Source: Eledone cirrhosa
Lineage: Eukaryota
Assembly (NCBI GenBank): GCA_964016885.1
Contig: OZ024745.1
Coordinates: forward strand, 129,084,001 to 129,148,000
Reading direction: 5' to 3'
Length of the DNA: 64,000 nt
Shown here: positions 49,340 through 64,000 of the stretch, in pieces
Position numbering within the stretch: position 1 is the first letter of the stretch
How the letters are laid out: every line of letters starts with the position of its first letter
Program-made: the position numbers and the translations under genes
The notes under the pieces: model-generated
What the model saw: only the letters and a program-made list of their open reading frames with translations
Told to the model about the DNA's origin: nothing
Database searches by the model: none

Positions 49340-49694
49340 CGCTCGGGTCTCGAATTATCATCCCACCCCACTTAACAATTTTTCAGATTTTTTCCACCAC
49401 CGTTCTCATTAAATATTATTTTAAGTGATAGCATTCCAGCAACAATTAATTCTATTTAGACATTAAAAAACATGACAAAAAAATTACATTACTAGAAATG
49501 CCATACGTTATAAAATAAATAAGATGGGTTGGGGGTCTTAATATGTAAACTAAACGACTAATTCTGGTTTTTTAAATAAATCAACGGAGACAACCTAGAA
49601 ATTGCCGATTTTCCAACCCACCCGCTTATTCCAACACCCAAGTTTATTCCACCTGACTTCTTATTTCAGCCCCCCCCCCCCCGGGGCCCAAGAG
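49340..49694. mobile_element. Possible old Tc1/pogo-type MITE
   Basis: TA-CGCTCGGGTCTC ... GGGGCCCAAGAG-TA imperfect termini. A related end 'ccctcgagtcccaaataa' occurs at 14323. Confidence 0.4.
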
Positions 49695-50017
49695 TACACA
49701 CACTTAAAACCAAATATAACCAAAACACACGCAGTTAGATACACACATATATTCAGACTTACATTCAGAGTCACACACGGATACATACACATACACACCC
49801 CACATATATAAAATTACACACGAGCATAATGCACTCGATGAAATACACCCATACTTAGACTCACCTCCATAGTCACATCCAGATATATATATATTCACAC
49901 ACACACATACAATCTCACATGAACACAAGACACATAATCATATACAAATATCCTCATTCATACCTTCAGAGCCACACATATATACACCCCCCCCATATAT
50001 ATCCCCCCCATACACAA

Positions 50018-50111
<94 letters not shown>

Positions 50112-51252
50112 CTACATACACATATATTATAATCACACACGAGGACAACCCACACAATCAAATGCATACATAGCCACTGATCCAGAGGCAGGCGCCAGTA
50201 CATACAAACACACACAATATTACAACCAAGTTAAATTGGATTTAGTGAAACATACACTTTACCTTCACCCCACCACACATCCCACATGCACGCACCTGCG
50301 TATGCACACCTTCACAAAAGAAAATGTATCCTTCGTCAGTTCCGATACTTAGTAGTAATACAGCTGCTTGGTAAAAAACAAAACACCACCGGCTCATTGT
50401 ATTAACACACATGTGGCTGAATATTCCATAGACATGAAGAAACTTAATATAATGTTCAGATAAAATTAGTGTAACATTGTGTGACATTGTGTGACATTGT
50501 GTGACATTGTGTGTCACAAGGCTGGCCGTTTGTGTTTAGTGACAGCCCTTCCGACGGAACTCCATGCAGTTTTCATTTACCCAGTTTCCTTCACATATCT
50601 TGGGTTTTCTCAACGCTGTGTTAGAAGAGAAATATCGAAGCTACTCGCAGCAAGATCGACCTCGGGTCTACCTGTTTGCTGCTACCTGCCCTCGCAATAA
50701 AACGCACATGCATGTACATATCTTACACGTGGCCACATCAGATATTTTCAAACAAGTAGCATATAAAGACATACGCAAGTGCTCAGCTACAATCACATGC
50801 ACCCCACGAACATGAATGCACTTGCACAGATGCACATACATAGAAGCATGCATACAACTACACATTCTATCCCGCCCAAACATATACAATCAGAATAATT
50901 CAGACCCATGCGAAAGGACACGTCCCCAAATACACGTACACACATATATACAATTACAAGACAAGCTATAACAATAAAACATATGCAGTAATATAGCAGC
51001 ATGCACACTTACGCAACGCAAACAGACACATGTACACAAATGCATATATGTCCACAATTTTACACACACAGAAATGCATGTACCAAAAATTACGCATGAA
51101 CATATGCATAAACGGATACTTTCACAAAGGTGTATAAACAACCATTTACACATACACAAATAGAAACACTAAAACACACCCAGGCTGCATATCTTTTCTC
51201 CCCTTTTTTCTCTTGTCAATCTCTATCCGCGACTCTCTTTTTCTTTCTCCCA

Positions 51253-51317
<65 letters not shown>

Positions 51318-51660
51318 TCTCTCTCTCTCTTTTTATCTCTCTATCTTTCTCTCACATACACATACACATGCACACTTGCACAGTCACACGCTCATACAAA
51401 CCGAAACAACAGAGACGAATACACACATACACGAGCGCACCCGAACAAAAATACATTGTGACAAGCATATGCATATACGTGCACAAGCACTTGCATTAAC
51501 ACACATCTACGTGCACAAGCACTTGCATTGCATTAACACACATATACCTGCACAAGCACTTGCTATATACGTACACATGCACTTGTGTTAACAGCCAAAT
51601 ACGTACTCATACCTTTGCATTAACACACACCTACCCTTTAGCACTCACGTATATAACATA

Positions 51661-54610
51661 CACCCCTCACACTAACATACACCCTCACACTAACATATAC
51701 CCTCACACTAACATATACCCTCACACTAACATATACCCTCACACTAACATACACCCTCACACTAACATACAGCCTCACACTAACATACACCCTCACACTA
51801 ACATACACCCTCACACTAACATATACCCTCACACTAACATATACCCTCACACTAACATATACCCTCACACTAACATACACCCTCACACTAACATACAGCC
51901 TCACACTAACATACACCCTCACACTAACATATACCCTCACACTAACATATACCCTCACACTAACATACACCCTCACACTAACATACAGCCTCACACTAAC
52001 ATACACCCTCACACTAACATACACACTCACACTAACATACACCCTCACACTAACATACAGCCTCACACTAACATACACCCTCACACTAACATACACCCTC
52101 ACACTAACATATACCCTCACACTAACATACACACTTACACTAACATACACCCTCACACTAACATACACACTCACACTAACATACACCCTCACACTAACAT
52201 ATACCCTCACACTAACATATACCCTCACACTAACATACACCCTCACACTAACATACAGCCTCACACTAACATACACCCTCACACTAACATATACCCTCAC
52301 ACTAACATATACCCTCACACTAACATATACCCTCACACTAACATATACCCTCACACTAACATATACCCTCACACTAACATACACCCTCACACTAACATAC
52401 AGCCTCACACTAACATACACCCTCACACTAACATATACCCTCACACTAACATATACCCTCACACTAACATATACCCTCACACTAACATATACCCTCACAC
52501 TAACATATACCCTCACACTAACATACACCCTCACACTAACATACACCCTCACACTAACATATACCCTCACACTAACATATACCCTCACACTAACATATAC
52601 CCTCACACTAACATACACCCTCACACTAACATATACCCTCACACTAACATATACCCTCACACTAACATATACCCTCACACTAACATACACCCTCACACTA
52701 ACATACACCCTCACACTAACATACACCCTCACACTAACATACACCCTCACACTAACATATACCCTCACACTAACATATACCCTCACACTAACATATACCC
52801 TCACACTAACATACACCCTCACACTAACATACACCCTCACACTAACATATACCCTCACACTAACATATACCCTCACACTAACATACACCCTCACACTAAC
52901 ATACACCCTCACACTAACATATACCCTCACACTAACATATACCCTCACACTAACATATACCCTCACACTAACATACACCCTCACACTAACATACACACTC
53001 ACACTAACATACACCCTCACACTAACATACAGCCTCACACTAACATACACCCTCACACTAACATACAGCCTCACACTAACATATACCCTCACACTAACAT
53101 ATACCCTCACACTAACATACACCCTCACACTAACATACAGCCTCACACTTACATACACACTCACACTAACATACACCCTCACACTAACATACACCCTCAC
53201 ACTAACATACACCCTCACACTAACATACACCCTCACACTAACATACACCCTCACACTAACATATACCCTCACACTAACATATACCCTCACACTAACATAT
53301 ACCCTCACACTAACATACACCCTCACACTAACATATACCCTCACACTAACATATACCCTCACACTAACATATACCCTCACACTAACATACACCCTCACAC
53401 TAACATATACCCTCACACTAACATACACCCTCACACTAACATACACCCTCACACTAACATACACCCTCACACTAACATATACCCTCACACTAACATATAC
53501 CCTCACACTAACATATACCCTCACACTAACATACAGCCTCACACTTACATACACACTCACACTAACATATACCCTCACACTAACATACACCCTCACACTA
53601 ACATATACCCTCACACTAACATACACCCTCACACTAACATACACCCTCACACTAACATACACCCTCACACTAACATACACCCTCACACTAACATATACCC
53701 TCACACTAACATATACCCTCACACTAACATACACCCTCACACTAACATACACCCTCACACTAACATACACCCTCACACTAACATATACCCTCACACTAAC
53801 ATATACCCTCACACTAACATATACCCTCACACTAACATATACCCTCACACTAACATACACCCTCACACTAACATACACACTCACACTAACATATACCCTC
53901 ACACTAACATATACCCTCACACTAACATATACCCTCACACTAACATATACCCTCACACTAACATATACCCTCACACTAACATACACCCTCACACTAACAT
54001 ACACCCTCACACTAACATATACCCTCACACTAACATATACCCTCACACTAACATACACCCTCACACTAACATACACCCTCACACTAACATACACCCTCAC
54101 ACTAACATATACCCTCACACTAACATATACCCTCACACTAACATATACCCTCACACTAACATATACCCTCACACTAACATACACCCTCACACTAACATAC
54201 ACACTCACACTAACATATACCCTCACACTAACATATACCCTCACACTAACATATACCCTCACACTAACATATACCCTCACACTAACATATACCCTCACAC
54301 TAACATACACCCTCACACTAACATACACCCTCACACTAACATATACCCTCACACTAACATATACCCTCACACTAACATACACCCTCACACTAACATACAC
54401 CCTCACACTAACATACACCCTCACACTAACATATACCCTCACACTAACATATACCCTCACACTAACATATACCCTCACACTAACATATACCCTCACACTA
54501 ACATACACCCTCACACTAACATACACACTCACACTAACATATACCCTCACACTAACATATACCCTCACACTAACATATACCCTCACACTAACATACACCC
54601 TCACATATAC
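51661..54610. repeat. 18-bp minisatellite, ~164 copies
   Basis: Unit CCCTCACACTAACATA(C/T)A. Explains the PHTNI(H/Y) and VRVYVS ORFs. Confidence 0.98.
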
Positions 54611-54992
54611 ACCAAACACACACACACATACATATATAAACACCTGCACCGCCCTCATTTCAACATTAAACTACACAATCTACAGGAATACATTTGCTGA
54701 AATAAGAGAAATGCATTTTAATTCAGTCAGCAACTGTGCAACTACTGCAGATTATTGCATTATTAATTCATTTACCACTGCATATATTAATATAATTACA
54801 TTATTATTATTATTATCATTACTATTATTACTAGTATTACTAATCAATCTATTAGGAATCCATCTATTCTCTCTCTGTTAACCTACCAACTACCCGTTGC
54901 TGCAGATGCTGCTGCACTCATTTAAACTGCAGTTCATTGAACTATGAAGACACATGCATACTGCATTCCTACAGATGCAACGGCAGTTTCAT

Positions 54993-54994
<2 letters not shown>

Positions 54995-55047
<53 letters not shown>

Positions 55048-55139
55048 GTAGTAGTAGTAGTTAGTAGTACTACTACTACTACTTGTAGTAGTAGTAGTTA
55101 GTAGTACTATTACTACTACAAGTACTGCTGTTGCTGCTG

Positions 55140-55201
<62 letters not shown>

Positions 55202-55745
55202 GCTGCTGCTACTACTACTATTACTACTACTACTAACGTCTTACCGCTGCATTTGCTTTGATGTTGCAACAATTGCTGTTGGTGGCGCCAGTGCAATGAT
55301 GTGTTTGTTGTTTGATTTAGTGTACTCGTTGTTGTTGTTGGTGATGGTGCAGTTGTTGGTAGTGCAGTTGTTGTTGTTGGTAGTGCAGTTGTTGTTGTTG
55401 TTGGTAGTGCAGCTGTTGTTGTTGGTAGTGCAGTTGTTGTTGTTGGTAGTGCAGTTGTTGTTGTTGTTGGTAGTGCAGCTGTTGTTGTTGGTAGTGCAGT
55501 TGTTGTTGTTGGTAGTGCAGTTGTTGTTGTTGGTAGTGCAGTTGTTGTTGTTGGTAGTGCAGTTGTTGTTGTTGGTAGTGCAGTTGTTGTTGTTGGTGGC
55601 AGTGCAGTAGTTGTTGTTGTTGTTGGCAGTGCAATGGTTGCTGATGTTGATGGCAGTGCAGTAGTTGTTGTTGCTGTCCCTACTGCAGCTACTACTACTA
55701 CTACTACTACTACTACTATTACTACTGTTGCTGCTACTGCTGCAC
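54995..55745. repeat. (CTA)n tracts and compound 21/24-bp repeat GTAGTGCA(GTT)nG
   Basis: Direct reading. Confidence 0.92.
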
Positions 55746-55934
55746 AGCTTCGTGTATTATCATTCAGGCACGTGTTCGTGCACAACGCATGTGTGCAACC
55801 ACTTGCACATCTACAATTCTATGCAATGCTGACTAATTGATTCATTTGAAAACAATCAGATCTCTGATAGAATTCTTAGTGGATTATTCTGTCTTCTGGT
55901 GCAAGTGTACAATAGGTCGTGTGACATGCTAGAC

Positions 55935-56722
55935 TTACCTACCTACCTACCTACCTACCTACCTACCTACCTACCTACCTACCTACCTACCTACCTACCT
56001 ACCTACCTACCTACTTACCTACCTACCTACCTACCTACCTACCTACCTACCTAACTACCTACCTACCTACCTACCTACCTACCTACCTACCTACCTACCT
56101 AACTACCTACCTACCTCCCTACCTACCTACCTATCTACCTACCTATAGCCTTACCTACCTACCTACCTACCTACCTACCTACCTACCTACCTACCTACCT
56201 ATACCCTTACCTACCTACCTACCTATCTACCTACATACCTACCTACCTACCTACCTACCTATCTACCTACCTATACCCTTACCTACCTACCTACCTACCT
56301 ACCTACCTACCTACCTACCTACCTACCTACCTACATACCTACCTACTTACATACATACATAGCTAACTACTTACCTACCTAATTATCTACCTCACTACCT
56401 ACCTACGTAACCCATCTGCCTTCACACCTAACCCACCCATCTATCTATCTACACATTTAACCCACCTACCTACCTACCTATCTACCCACCAAACCCACCT
56501 ACCTACCTACCTAACTACCAACATACCTACCTATCTACCAACATACCTACCTACCTACCTACCTACCTACCTACCTACCTACCTACCTACCTACCTACCT
56601 ACCTACCTATCTACCTACCTACCTACCTAACAATTACCTACCTACCTACTTTACCCACCTACCTAACTACCTACATACCTACCTAACTACCTATGTACCT
56701 ACCCACCTACCAATTACCTACC
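55935..56722. repeat. (CTAC)n tetranucleotide microsatellite
   Basis: Direct reading. Confidence 0.97.
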
Positions 56723-56751
56723 TAGCTTCTAATGTTCCCACCTTATTATCT

Positions 56752-56938
56752 GTGGATTGGCAGTATCGGTAGAGGGTCGGATACCATGCTTTGACGCAAA
56801 GAGTTACTTCCCTTAACGATCTGAGTTCAAATCCCGCCGAGGTTAACTTTGCCTTTCATCCTTACGGGGTCGATAAAATAAAGTACCAGTAATGTACTGG
56901 GTAATTGCTGGCATTGTGCCAAAAGTAGAAACAATTAT
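56752..56938 (+). mobile_element. Dominant SINE copy
   Basis: Consensus match. Confidence 0.9.
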
Positions 56939-57195
56939 CTATTCAACATAATTATATGTAGAATAGATTAAGAATTCACGTGAGACTAGAAATTGACGAG
57001 AATACATAAACTAGGTTTAATGCAATATAACTTCAATTCATATAACTTGTAAACTAACTTAACAAAAGGAAACTGAAAGGAATAGCATAGCCAAGTAAAC
57101 TATATTTTCGCGGAGACACACTTGTGTTTCTGCGAACGGATTAACTTTACATAATTGCAGGCAGAGGCATCATCAGTTAGGGCTCTATAGTATAA

Positions 57196-57381
57196 GTGTT
57201 TCTACTTTTGGCACAAGGCCAGCAAATACCCCAGTCCATTACTGGTACTTTATATTATCTACCTCGTAAGGATGAAAGGAAAAGTTAACCTTGGCGGGAT
57301 TTGAACTCAGATCGTAAAGGGACGTAACTCTATGATGCAACGCATGGCGTCCAACCCTCTACCAATACTGCCAATCCACCG
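57196..57381 (-). mobile_element. Dominant SINE copy
   Basis: Consensus match. Confidence 0.88.
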
Positions 57382-57662
57382 TCTTTAGAATAATATTGGA
57401 AAAAAGCCTGTCTTTGCATTGTCGTCATTAAAGTGGTGAGGTATCGAAAGTTAGCGAAAATTCATATAATTCAAATTTCCTTTTGGAATGCATCATTAAA
57501 ATGTGTTTGTATATCTTATTTTGTGTATAATTCAAGACCAACGCACACACACACACAAACAGACATACACGTACGCGCGCGCGCACACACACACACACAC
57601 ATATACATAAAAACAAGGTCTTGAAACAGTATCATCCTCCTCCTCATCATCATCATCACCAT

Positions 57663-57712
<50 letters not shown>

Positions 57713-57835
57713 CATATTATATATATATTATCATATTATTTGTGGTATAAAAACATTGAGATTTGGTGAAATAAATCACTGCCAATACTGGAATTGAATA
57801 ATCAAAACCGTAGCAGTATGTCACATATCAAATCT

Positions 57836-57902
57836 TATATTTTGTCTGATGAAAACGTACTTAAACACCATTGTACCCTTGAAATATGTATAATAAAATA
57901 TA
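57836..57902 (+). ncRNA. Type I hammerhead ribozyme motif (family F) in element 57745-57948
   Basis: TATATTTTGT-CTGATGA-AAACGTAC..GTACCCTT-GAA-ATATGTAT-A-ATAAAATATA. The helix I substitution gives a G-U pair. Confidence 0.72.
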
Positions 57903-57951
57903 TATTTTGATTAGAGAATATTTTTCATTTATTAACATTTTGAATAATATA

Positions 57952-57993
<42 letters not shown>

Positions 57994-58504
57994 AATCAGG
58001 ATAGAACTAGTTTTAAACTCGTTAGACCATTACTCAACATATTATAAAATACTTGAAGTAGCAGGGTATGACTATATGTATGTATTTCACAGGATTTCAG
58101 GACTCAAAAGTCATTTGAGATCTCATGCCAGGAAGGAACATACATAAAGTGCAAGAAGTGGACATGCTTTGTATGGAGCAGACGACCTTGATGTTTATAT
58201 GTATACAATGAAGATGTGGTAAACTACACCAAATAAATGATTTGAATATTAAATACTCATGCTGCAGCGTTTGACATATGTAATATATTAAGTCGAAAAA
58301 TTCGATTAACCGACAATATTCTTGAAATTAAATGATAAAACCTCCATCTTAGATTTTCTAAAATCTAAAAACTACAAACAAGGGAGATAATTACATTAAT
58401 ATCAGGTAATCTAAATTTTTAGATGTAAAGACTTTTAAAAATCAACTGATGAAACCAACGAACATTTTTTAAAATTCTTAAATCTTCTCAGCCAAGCAAA
58501 TACA

Positions 58505-58884
58505 TATTCTTCTTCTTCACCCACTTATTCCTGTGAGGGTCGTGGTGGCAGAGAGTCCTCAAACACTCCTTCCAGCGGGTCCTCTCAGAGGCAACCATTT
58601 CCATCTGACCCGGTTTGATCCCCAAGCGAGACTAGTCAAGATCATGGATGTTATCCAACCATACTCCTCAGAGTCATCCCCTGGGTCTTCTGCCCGCTGG
58701 TTTTTCTCGTAAAATCTGTCCAGATTCATTCCTGAGACATTACAATAACATGTCCATAGTATAGGAGCTGTGATCTCTCAATTGGGGGAAGTAGCGGGTT
58801 TTTATATATCTCCATACACACTCTGCATCTCCCCATGCATTGAGTACTCCCATGATTAGTGGTCTCCCCAGTCTCAGCACCACA

Positions 58885-58885
<1 letters not shown>
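58505..58885 (-). mobile_element. RTE-clade LINE 3' fragment with (GAA)n tail
   Basis: 'LLPPIERSQLLYYGHVIVMSQE...RRPRG'. Homologous to 26296-26670. Confidence 0.8.
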
Positions 58886-58968
<83 letters not shown>

Positions 58969-58995
58969 CTCCCTCTCTTTTTCTCTCTTTCTCTC

Positions 58996-59041
<46 letters not shown>

Positions 59042-59090
59042 GATAGATATGTTTATTCCGGGTTCAATCGGGGGTAACCACAGTAAGTAA

Positions 59091-59135
59091 TTCCTGATGA
59101 TTTCCCCCGAATGAAACAGTTCTAGTCCTGTAGAG
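59091..59135 (+). ncRNA. Type I hammerhead ribozyme motif (family A), intact core, preceded by an inverted tail fragment (59051-59090)
   Basis: TTC-CTGATGA-TTTCCCCCGAAT-GAA-ACAG-TTCTAGTC-CTGT-A-GAG. Confidence 0.75.
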
Positions 59136-59148
59136 GCCATTTCTGTAT

Positions 59149-59210
<62 letters not shown>

Positions 59211-60032
59211 GTACTCTGGTGCGTTATGGATCACCTGGTTCACTTCCTTCGTTATATATATATATATACGTTTTGCCAGTTAAATATGCTTCGTCAACGT
59301 GATCTAACTAATTGGGATTAGTTGATAGTATTAAAATTATCTCCCTTGTGTCTTTAACATTATCTTATAGTCTAAACACTCGAAGAGACGAGAGATTCGC
59401 ATTTTCTAATTGCAACGATAATCTCAATTAATCAAAAATTTTCATCTGACCGAGTCTTCTTCTTTCTCTAAGCACGCAGACAAAAGCAATCGATTGAGCA
59501 GACAAAAGCAATCGATTGAACAGAGAAATAAAAAAAAAACGTACCCCCAATTCATATGGTTGGATGTTGTTAGCAAACTGATAGTTTTGATGAGTCAAAT
59601 AAAATTTTAACGGATTTGAAAGCTAAATAATGTGTTAAAATTTAATTTATATTTTCTTTTGTATTGTCAATCTAAAAGATCTTTCTCAAACAAGAAGGAA
59701 CACAAAGACAGACCCCCCCCCCAAACCCAACAACATTGATAAACGAAAATAATAAAAGTAATGATCGTAACATTAATTTTGCTAATTCGCACTAGACGAC
59801 TGTGATCTGTTAAGTGGTGAGGTAAAGAAAGAAGCCATTTTGTGTAATTTGTAATAAATTAAACAATTATTATTTTAATATATTAGATGAGAATGTGTTG
59901 AGCGGACAGCTAGGATTTAAAGATGAAAACTAAAGAGCAACAAAAAAGAAATCGAATATCAATCATGTATTAAATCTGTTCTCTAAAATCTAAGGTCACG
60001 CGAATGCTTATGATAGAAACATAGCTATCTAC

Positions 60033-60063
<31 letters not shown>

Positions 60064-60079
60064 TCTATCTACCCATCCA

Positions 60080-60173
<94 letters not shown>

Positions 60174-60949
60174 TCTTTGGATTAAACATCATCATAATAA
60201 TCAACATTTTCATGATGTTCTGTGAACAATATCATCACTGTTATAGTCTTTGTTGTCACTACCATTATTATCCTGGTTTTCATCAAAGGAACAACAATGA
60301 CAACAAAAGCAGCAGCAACAGCAGCAGCAGTAGCAGCAGCAGCAACAATATCAACAACAACAACCACAACAATAAGGGCAGTTTTATTCTGGACAAACTA
60401 TATAGAGACAGTGTAATATTTAAATCCTTGTCAGCCCTCATTCTCCTCATCTGTCTCTACCTAAAGGGGTGGACATCAACAGTATTCACTCCCCTCACTT
60501 CACACACTTACTTATACATACAAAAAAAAACAAAAACAATAGCTGTTGTTTATGCAAATTTTACCATTTGAATATTTGTTTGAAATAATGTTTTTACAGT
60601 TGGATCTATGCAGTGCTAAATACTTAACTACAAGATAGAGTATATATTACATACTTTCGACATCTTTTAGTATTGTTCTTCTTGGTTTAGCTATTTTATT
60701 TAGTAATGTTGTTGTAACATCTAGTATTATTTTTGATATCGTGTGGCACTCAGTCAGTAAATACAGGAGAACATGAAACTCTTACCTAACATTTACAGCA
60801 TTTGAGTAAGTAGGTATAAACCATCGCCTGGTTTAATACCATCACATGGTCTTTGTGTGTCTTTAACGAAAGAGAGCTTCGTTTCTCTCCCTCTGGCAGG
60901 TATTCAGATAGTGCATTTATAATCTTATCAGGTAGAACCATTGCTAAAA

Positions 60950-61366
60950 TTGGTTGGTTACTAGAATCATTAAAGTGGAGTAAAGTACCTTGTTAGTATT
61001 TTCATTCTGAGTTCAAATCTGACTAAAAATCTTTCAATAATCTCTCTGCATTGGTTAAAATAACGTCCAAATCAAATTCTGGGGTAGATTTAATCGTATT
61101 TCTATTGCATGGGGTCGATAAAATAAAGCACCAGTAACATACTGGGGTCGATTTAATCGACTTTCCCTACCCTCCAAATTACCTGTCTTGTGCCTAGGGT
61201 CGGACGTCATGCTTTGGCGCATAAAGTTACGGCCCTTTCCATTCTGAGTTCAAATCCCGCCGAAGTCAACTTTACCTTTCATACTTACGGGGTCGATAAA
61301 ATAAAGTAACAGTAGTAATGTACTGGGTAATTGCTGGCCTTGTGCCAAAAGTAGAAACCATTATTA
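60950..61366 (+). mobile_element. Cluster of SINE pieces: old copy, 3' half of a long form (61089-61197), 5'-truncated copy (61197-61366)
   Basis: Consensus matches. Confidence 0.8.
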
Positions 61367-63129
61367 TATGGTAGCAATTATGGCTAACAAAACCAGTAGA
61401 AAATGTGTGTAGGCGTATCAAGGAATAATAGTCTATGTCGTTCCATTATTATCTCCCCTACTAAATGCAATTTGAAATTGTAGGATCGAGGAAAAATGAA
61501 TTAGAAGAGCTCAACCATTAAGAGAACATATATCTTAGAAACATCACATTAATAGCTTACAATTGCCATATATTTAAACATTTCGTTATGTTGCTGTACA
61601 TTCTAGATTCAATTCCACCGAGATGGACTAAGCTCTTTAGTACTAAACTATAGACAAAATAATTTACAATAATTCACTGGAGTTACTAACGTTGACTAAA
61701 GCCCTAAATTGCTTACCTTGTGTCTAAATTAGAAACAATTATTAATATAATATAATGATTAAAAAATCCGCAAAAATTGCAGACTAGATTATTTTCAATA
61801 TTTAGTTAAAATCTTGTTTTTGTAATTGGTAAAATAAGTCCTACTTTGGCGTTGGGTTCAATTACATCCATTCCTCTTCATATTCTTGGAAATTCGAAAT
61901 CTTGTCTCAATATTAGAAATCAACTTTATTATTCTGACTGTCAAGAAATGTTAAGTGTTACGCTTCTAACAACCTTAAATGGAATGGAATTTATGGCAGA
62001 ATTGAAATTTTTAACATAATGAAACTAGTTCGAGTATTACACTTTCAACAAACTTTAACTGTGGAACGAATTCGAAGACATAATTTTAACAAAATGAAAT
62101 AATATTATGAAAAGCTATACATTTAAAATAAGAGCACTTATAAAAGACAAAATTTCCACAGGTCCCGCTAGCTATTATTACTGTAAAAGGTTATTATTAG
62201 AAATATTAAGATTCATAAAAAAAGGGAACCATATGCATCTAAGAAATTCCTTATAACATTAATTTACTTTATGATACGAATTCGAATCGCATCAAGGCCA
62301 ACCTTGTCTTTTCATCGTTTTGGTGGGTTGTTAGAATAAGAAAAAGATAAGTAGTGAGGTCGCTTGTGTCAACCACATCGCTTCTCACAAGACACAGCTG
62401 ATTCTTGTTGAAATATATAACCCCTGTATCAATTGTAAGAACGCCACATTATTATGGTAAAAATGATACAAAAGACCATTAGTAAAGAAAGAAAAAAAAC
62501 ACACTAAAAATAACTATTACTGTAATGGACTTTTTAAAATTTATTCATACAACTTACATTTAGATATTCCTATATTTATGTTAGATTTTTTTTATGCCAA
62601 TGTATTTGTGGTTGTTGCATTTGTTATAGTTGCTGCTTCTACTTTTACTAAAGTTGCTGCTTCTACTTTTACTAAAGTTGCTGCTTCTTCTTTTACTAAA
62701 GTTGCTGCTGTTGTTGTTGTTGTTGTACATTTTAGCTGCTGTTGATGGTGATTCTATTAGCTGATGTTTGCTGTATTGGGAAATATTACTGCTCGGTAAC
62801 AATAAGAAGGAAGAAAAAAAGTTAGTCAATATCCTTTATATAAAGAAGCTTTCACACACAAAAAAGAGAATCACTTTTAAGAGAAAAACAATCCTACAAA
62901 AACAAAACAAAACAAACAGAAAAACTACAAAAAAAAAATTGCTTCTGGGGTCACGGGTGGAGGCAGGGTTTTACTATCTATATAGCTGATTGGTTGGCGG
63001 GTACGTTGGACTGTTGGGTGGATGGAAGCATAACTGGGGGTGGTGGTAGAAGTCAATATTTCTAGCATATTTTATCTTATTTTATTTTATTTTATTCTAT
63101 TATTAAGTGTGTGTCTGCGTTTTTCTTAG

Positions 63130-63515
63130 TCACCAGCACCACCAGCACCAACATCACAACCACTAGCACCACCAGCACCACCAGCACAACCAGCACCACC
63201 ACCACCACCACCATCTGCACAACCACTAACACCACTAGCACCACCACCACTATCACCACCCTCTGCACAACCACTAACACCACCAGCACCACCAGCACCA
63301 TTTCCACTAACACCACCAGTACCACTAGCACCACAACCACTAACAGCACCACCAGCACCACCAGCACCACCACTACCACTAACACCACCAGCACCACTAG
63401 CACCACCAATACCACCAGCACCACCAGCACCACCATCAGCACCACCACCAGCACCACTAGCACCAGCACCACTAGCACCACCACCAGCACCACCACCACA
63501 ACCACTAACACCACA
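63130..63515. repeat. (CAC/CAG/TAG)-type degenerate trinucleotide repeat
   Basis: Direct reading. Explains the Thr-rich, Val/Leu-rich and Gly-rich ORFs. Confidence 0.9.
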
Positions 63516-63774
63516 ATCAATCAGCATCAGCTTCGGCAAGACCATCAACGCTACTTTTTCCATTAAGATACCCACCATGTAACACACAACACCAACAACA
63601 GCAACAACAGCAACAACAGCAACAACAGTCGTTCAGGCAGTCTCTGTGATGACTCCTTCTGTTGTATTAGATTTTAAGCCAGAAGAAAGTGTCGGCAGCC
63701 ATCACATTTACTGAAGCAAATTAAGCAGAAGCCGGAAGCGGCAAAAATCTCGAAGCCTTTGATGTGAGAAAGAA

Positions 63775-64000
63775 AACAACAACAGCAACAAGAACACCAA
63801 CTGCAACAACAATAGCAATAGTAATATTATAATAACGATAATAATAATAAAAATAATAAAAGAAATAATTATAATGATGATGATGAGGGTGTTGGTGATG
63901 ATGATGATGATGATGATGATGGTGATGGTGATGATGATGGCGATGATGGTGATGGTGATGATGTTGATGATGATGATGGTGATGGTGGTGATGATGATGA
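63775..64000. repeat. (AAC)/(AAT)/(GAT)n trinucleotide tracts
   Basis: Direct reading. Confidence 0.92.

Noticed and set aside
51560-54700. 1046-aa His/Pro-rich (PHTNIY)n and 1006-aa (VRVYVS)n proteins
   Set aside because: In-frame readout of an 18-bp minisatellite, with no signal peptide, unique domain or splice context.
55042-55785. Mucin-like (ALPTTTT)n or poly-Q ORFs
   Set aside because: Compound trinucleotide repeat embedded in (CTA)n tracts, with no supporting gene structure.
63092-63587. Gly/Ala-rich structural protein or Thr-rich mucin
   Set aside because: Degenerate CAC/CAG repeat open in several frames; cannot be supported as coding without expression data.

Overview
This is eukaryotic, repeat-saturated, AT-rich intronic or intergenic DNA. 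It is most likely from an octopod cephalopod, inferred from the dominant tRNA-derived SINE and the extreme microsatellite load. I could not identify any host protein-coding gene. Almost all long ORFs in the track are translations of micro- or minisatellites. The one real coding element is a near-full-length but inactivated L1/Tx1-clade LINE at 41728-46964 (-), with a CCHC-knuckle ORF1 and an APE-RT ORF2 carrying frameshifts and a deletion at the YADD motif. The window also holds about 15 copies of one SINE, two other SINE types, RTE-LINE fragments, mariner/pogo/piggyBac MITEs, a non-autonomous Helitron, and 83-bp, 70-bp and 18-bp tandem arrays. The main unexplained signal is roughly 30 type-I hammerhead-ribozyme (HHR) motifs or relics. 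They fall into at least 12 families with unrelated sequence and sit in short (about 130-500 bp) elements. These elements abut (TA)n microsatellites and are often folded back as head-to-head palindromes. That architecture fits Penelope-like pseudo-LTR or retrozyme-type elements. About 8 copies keep the full catalytic core and all three helices. All structures were paired by eye; no folding or database search was run.
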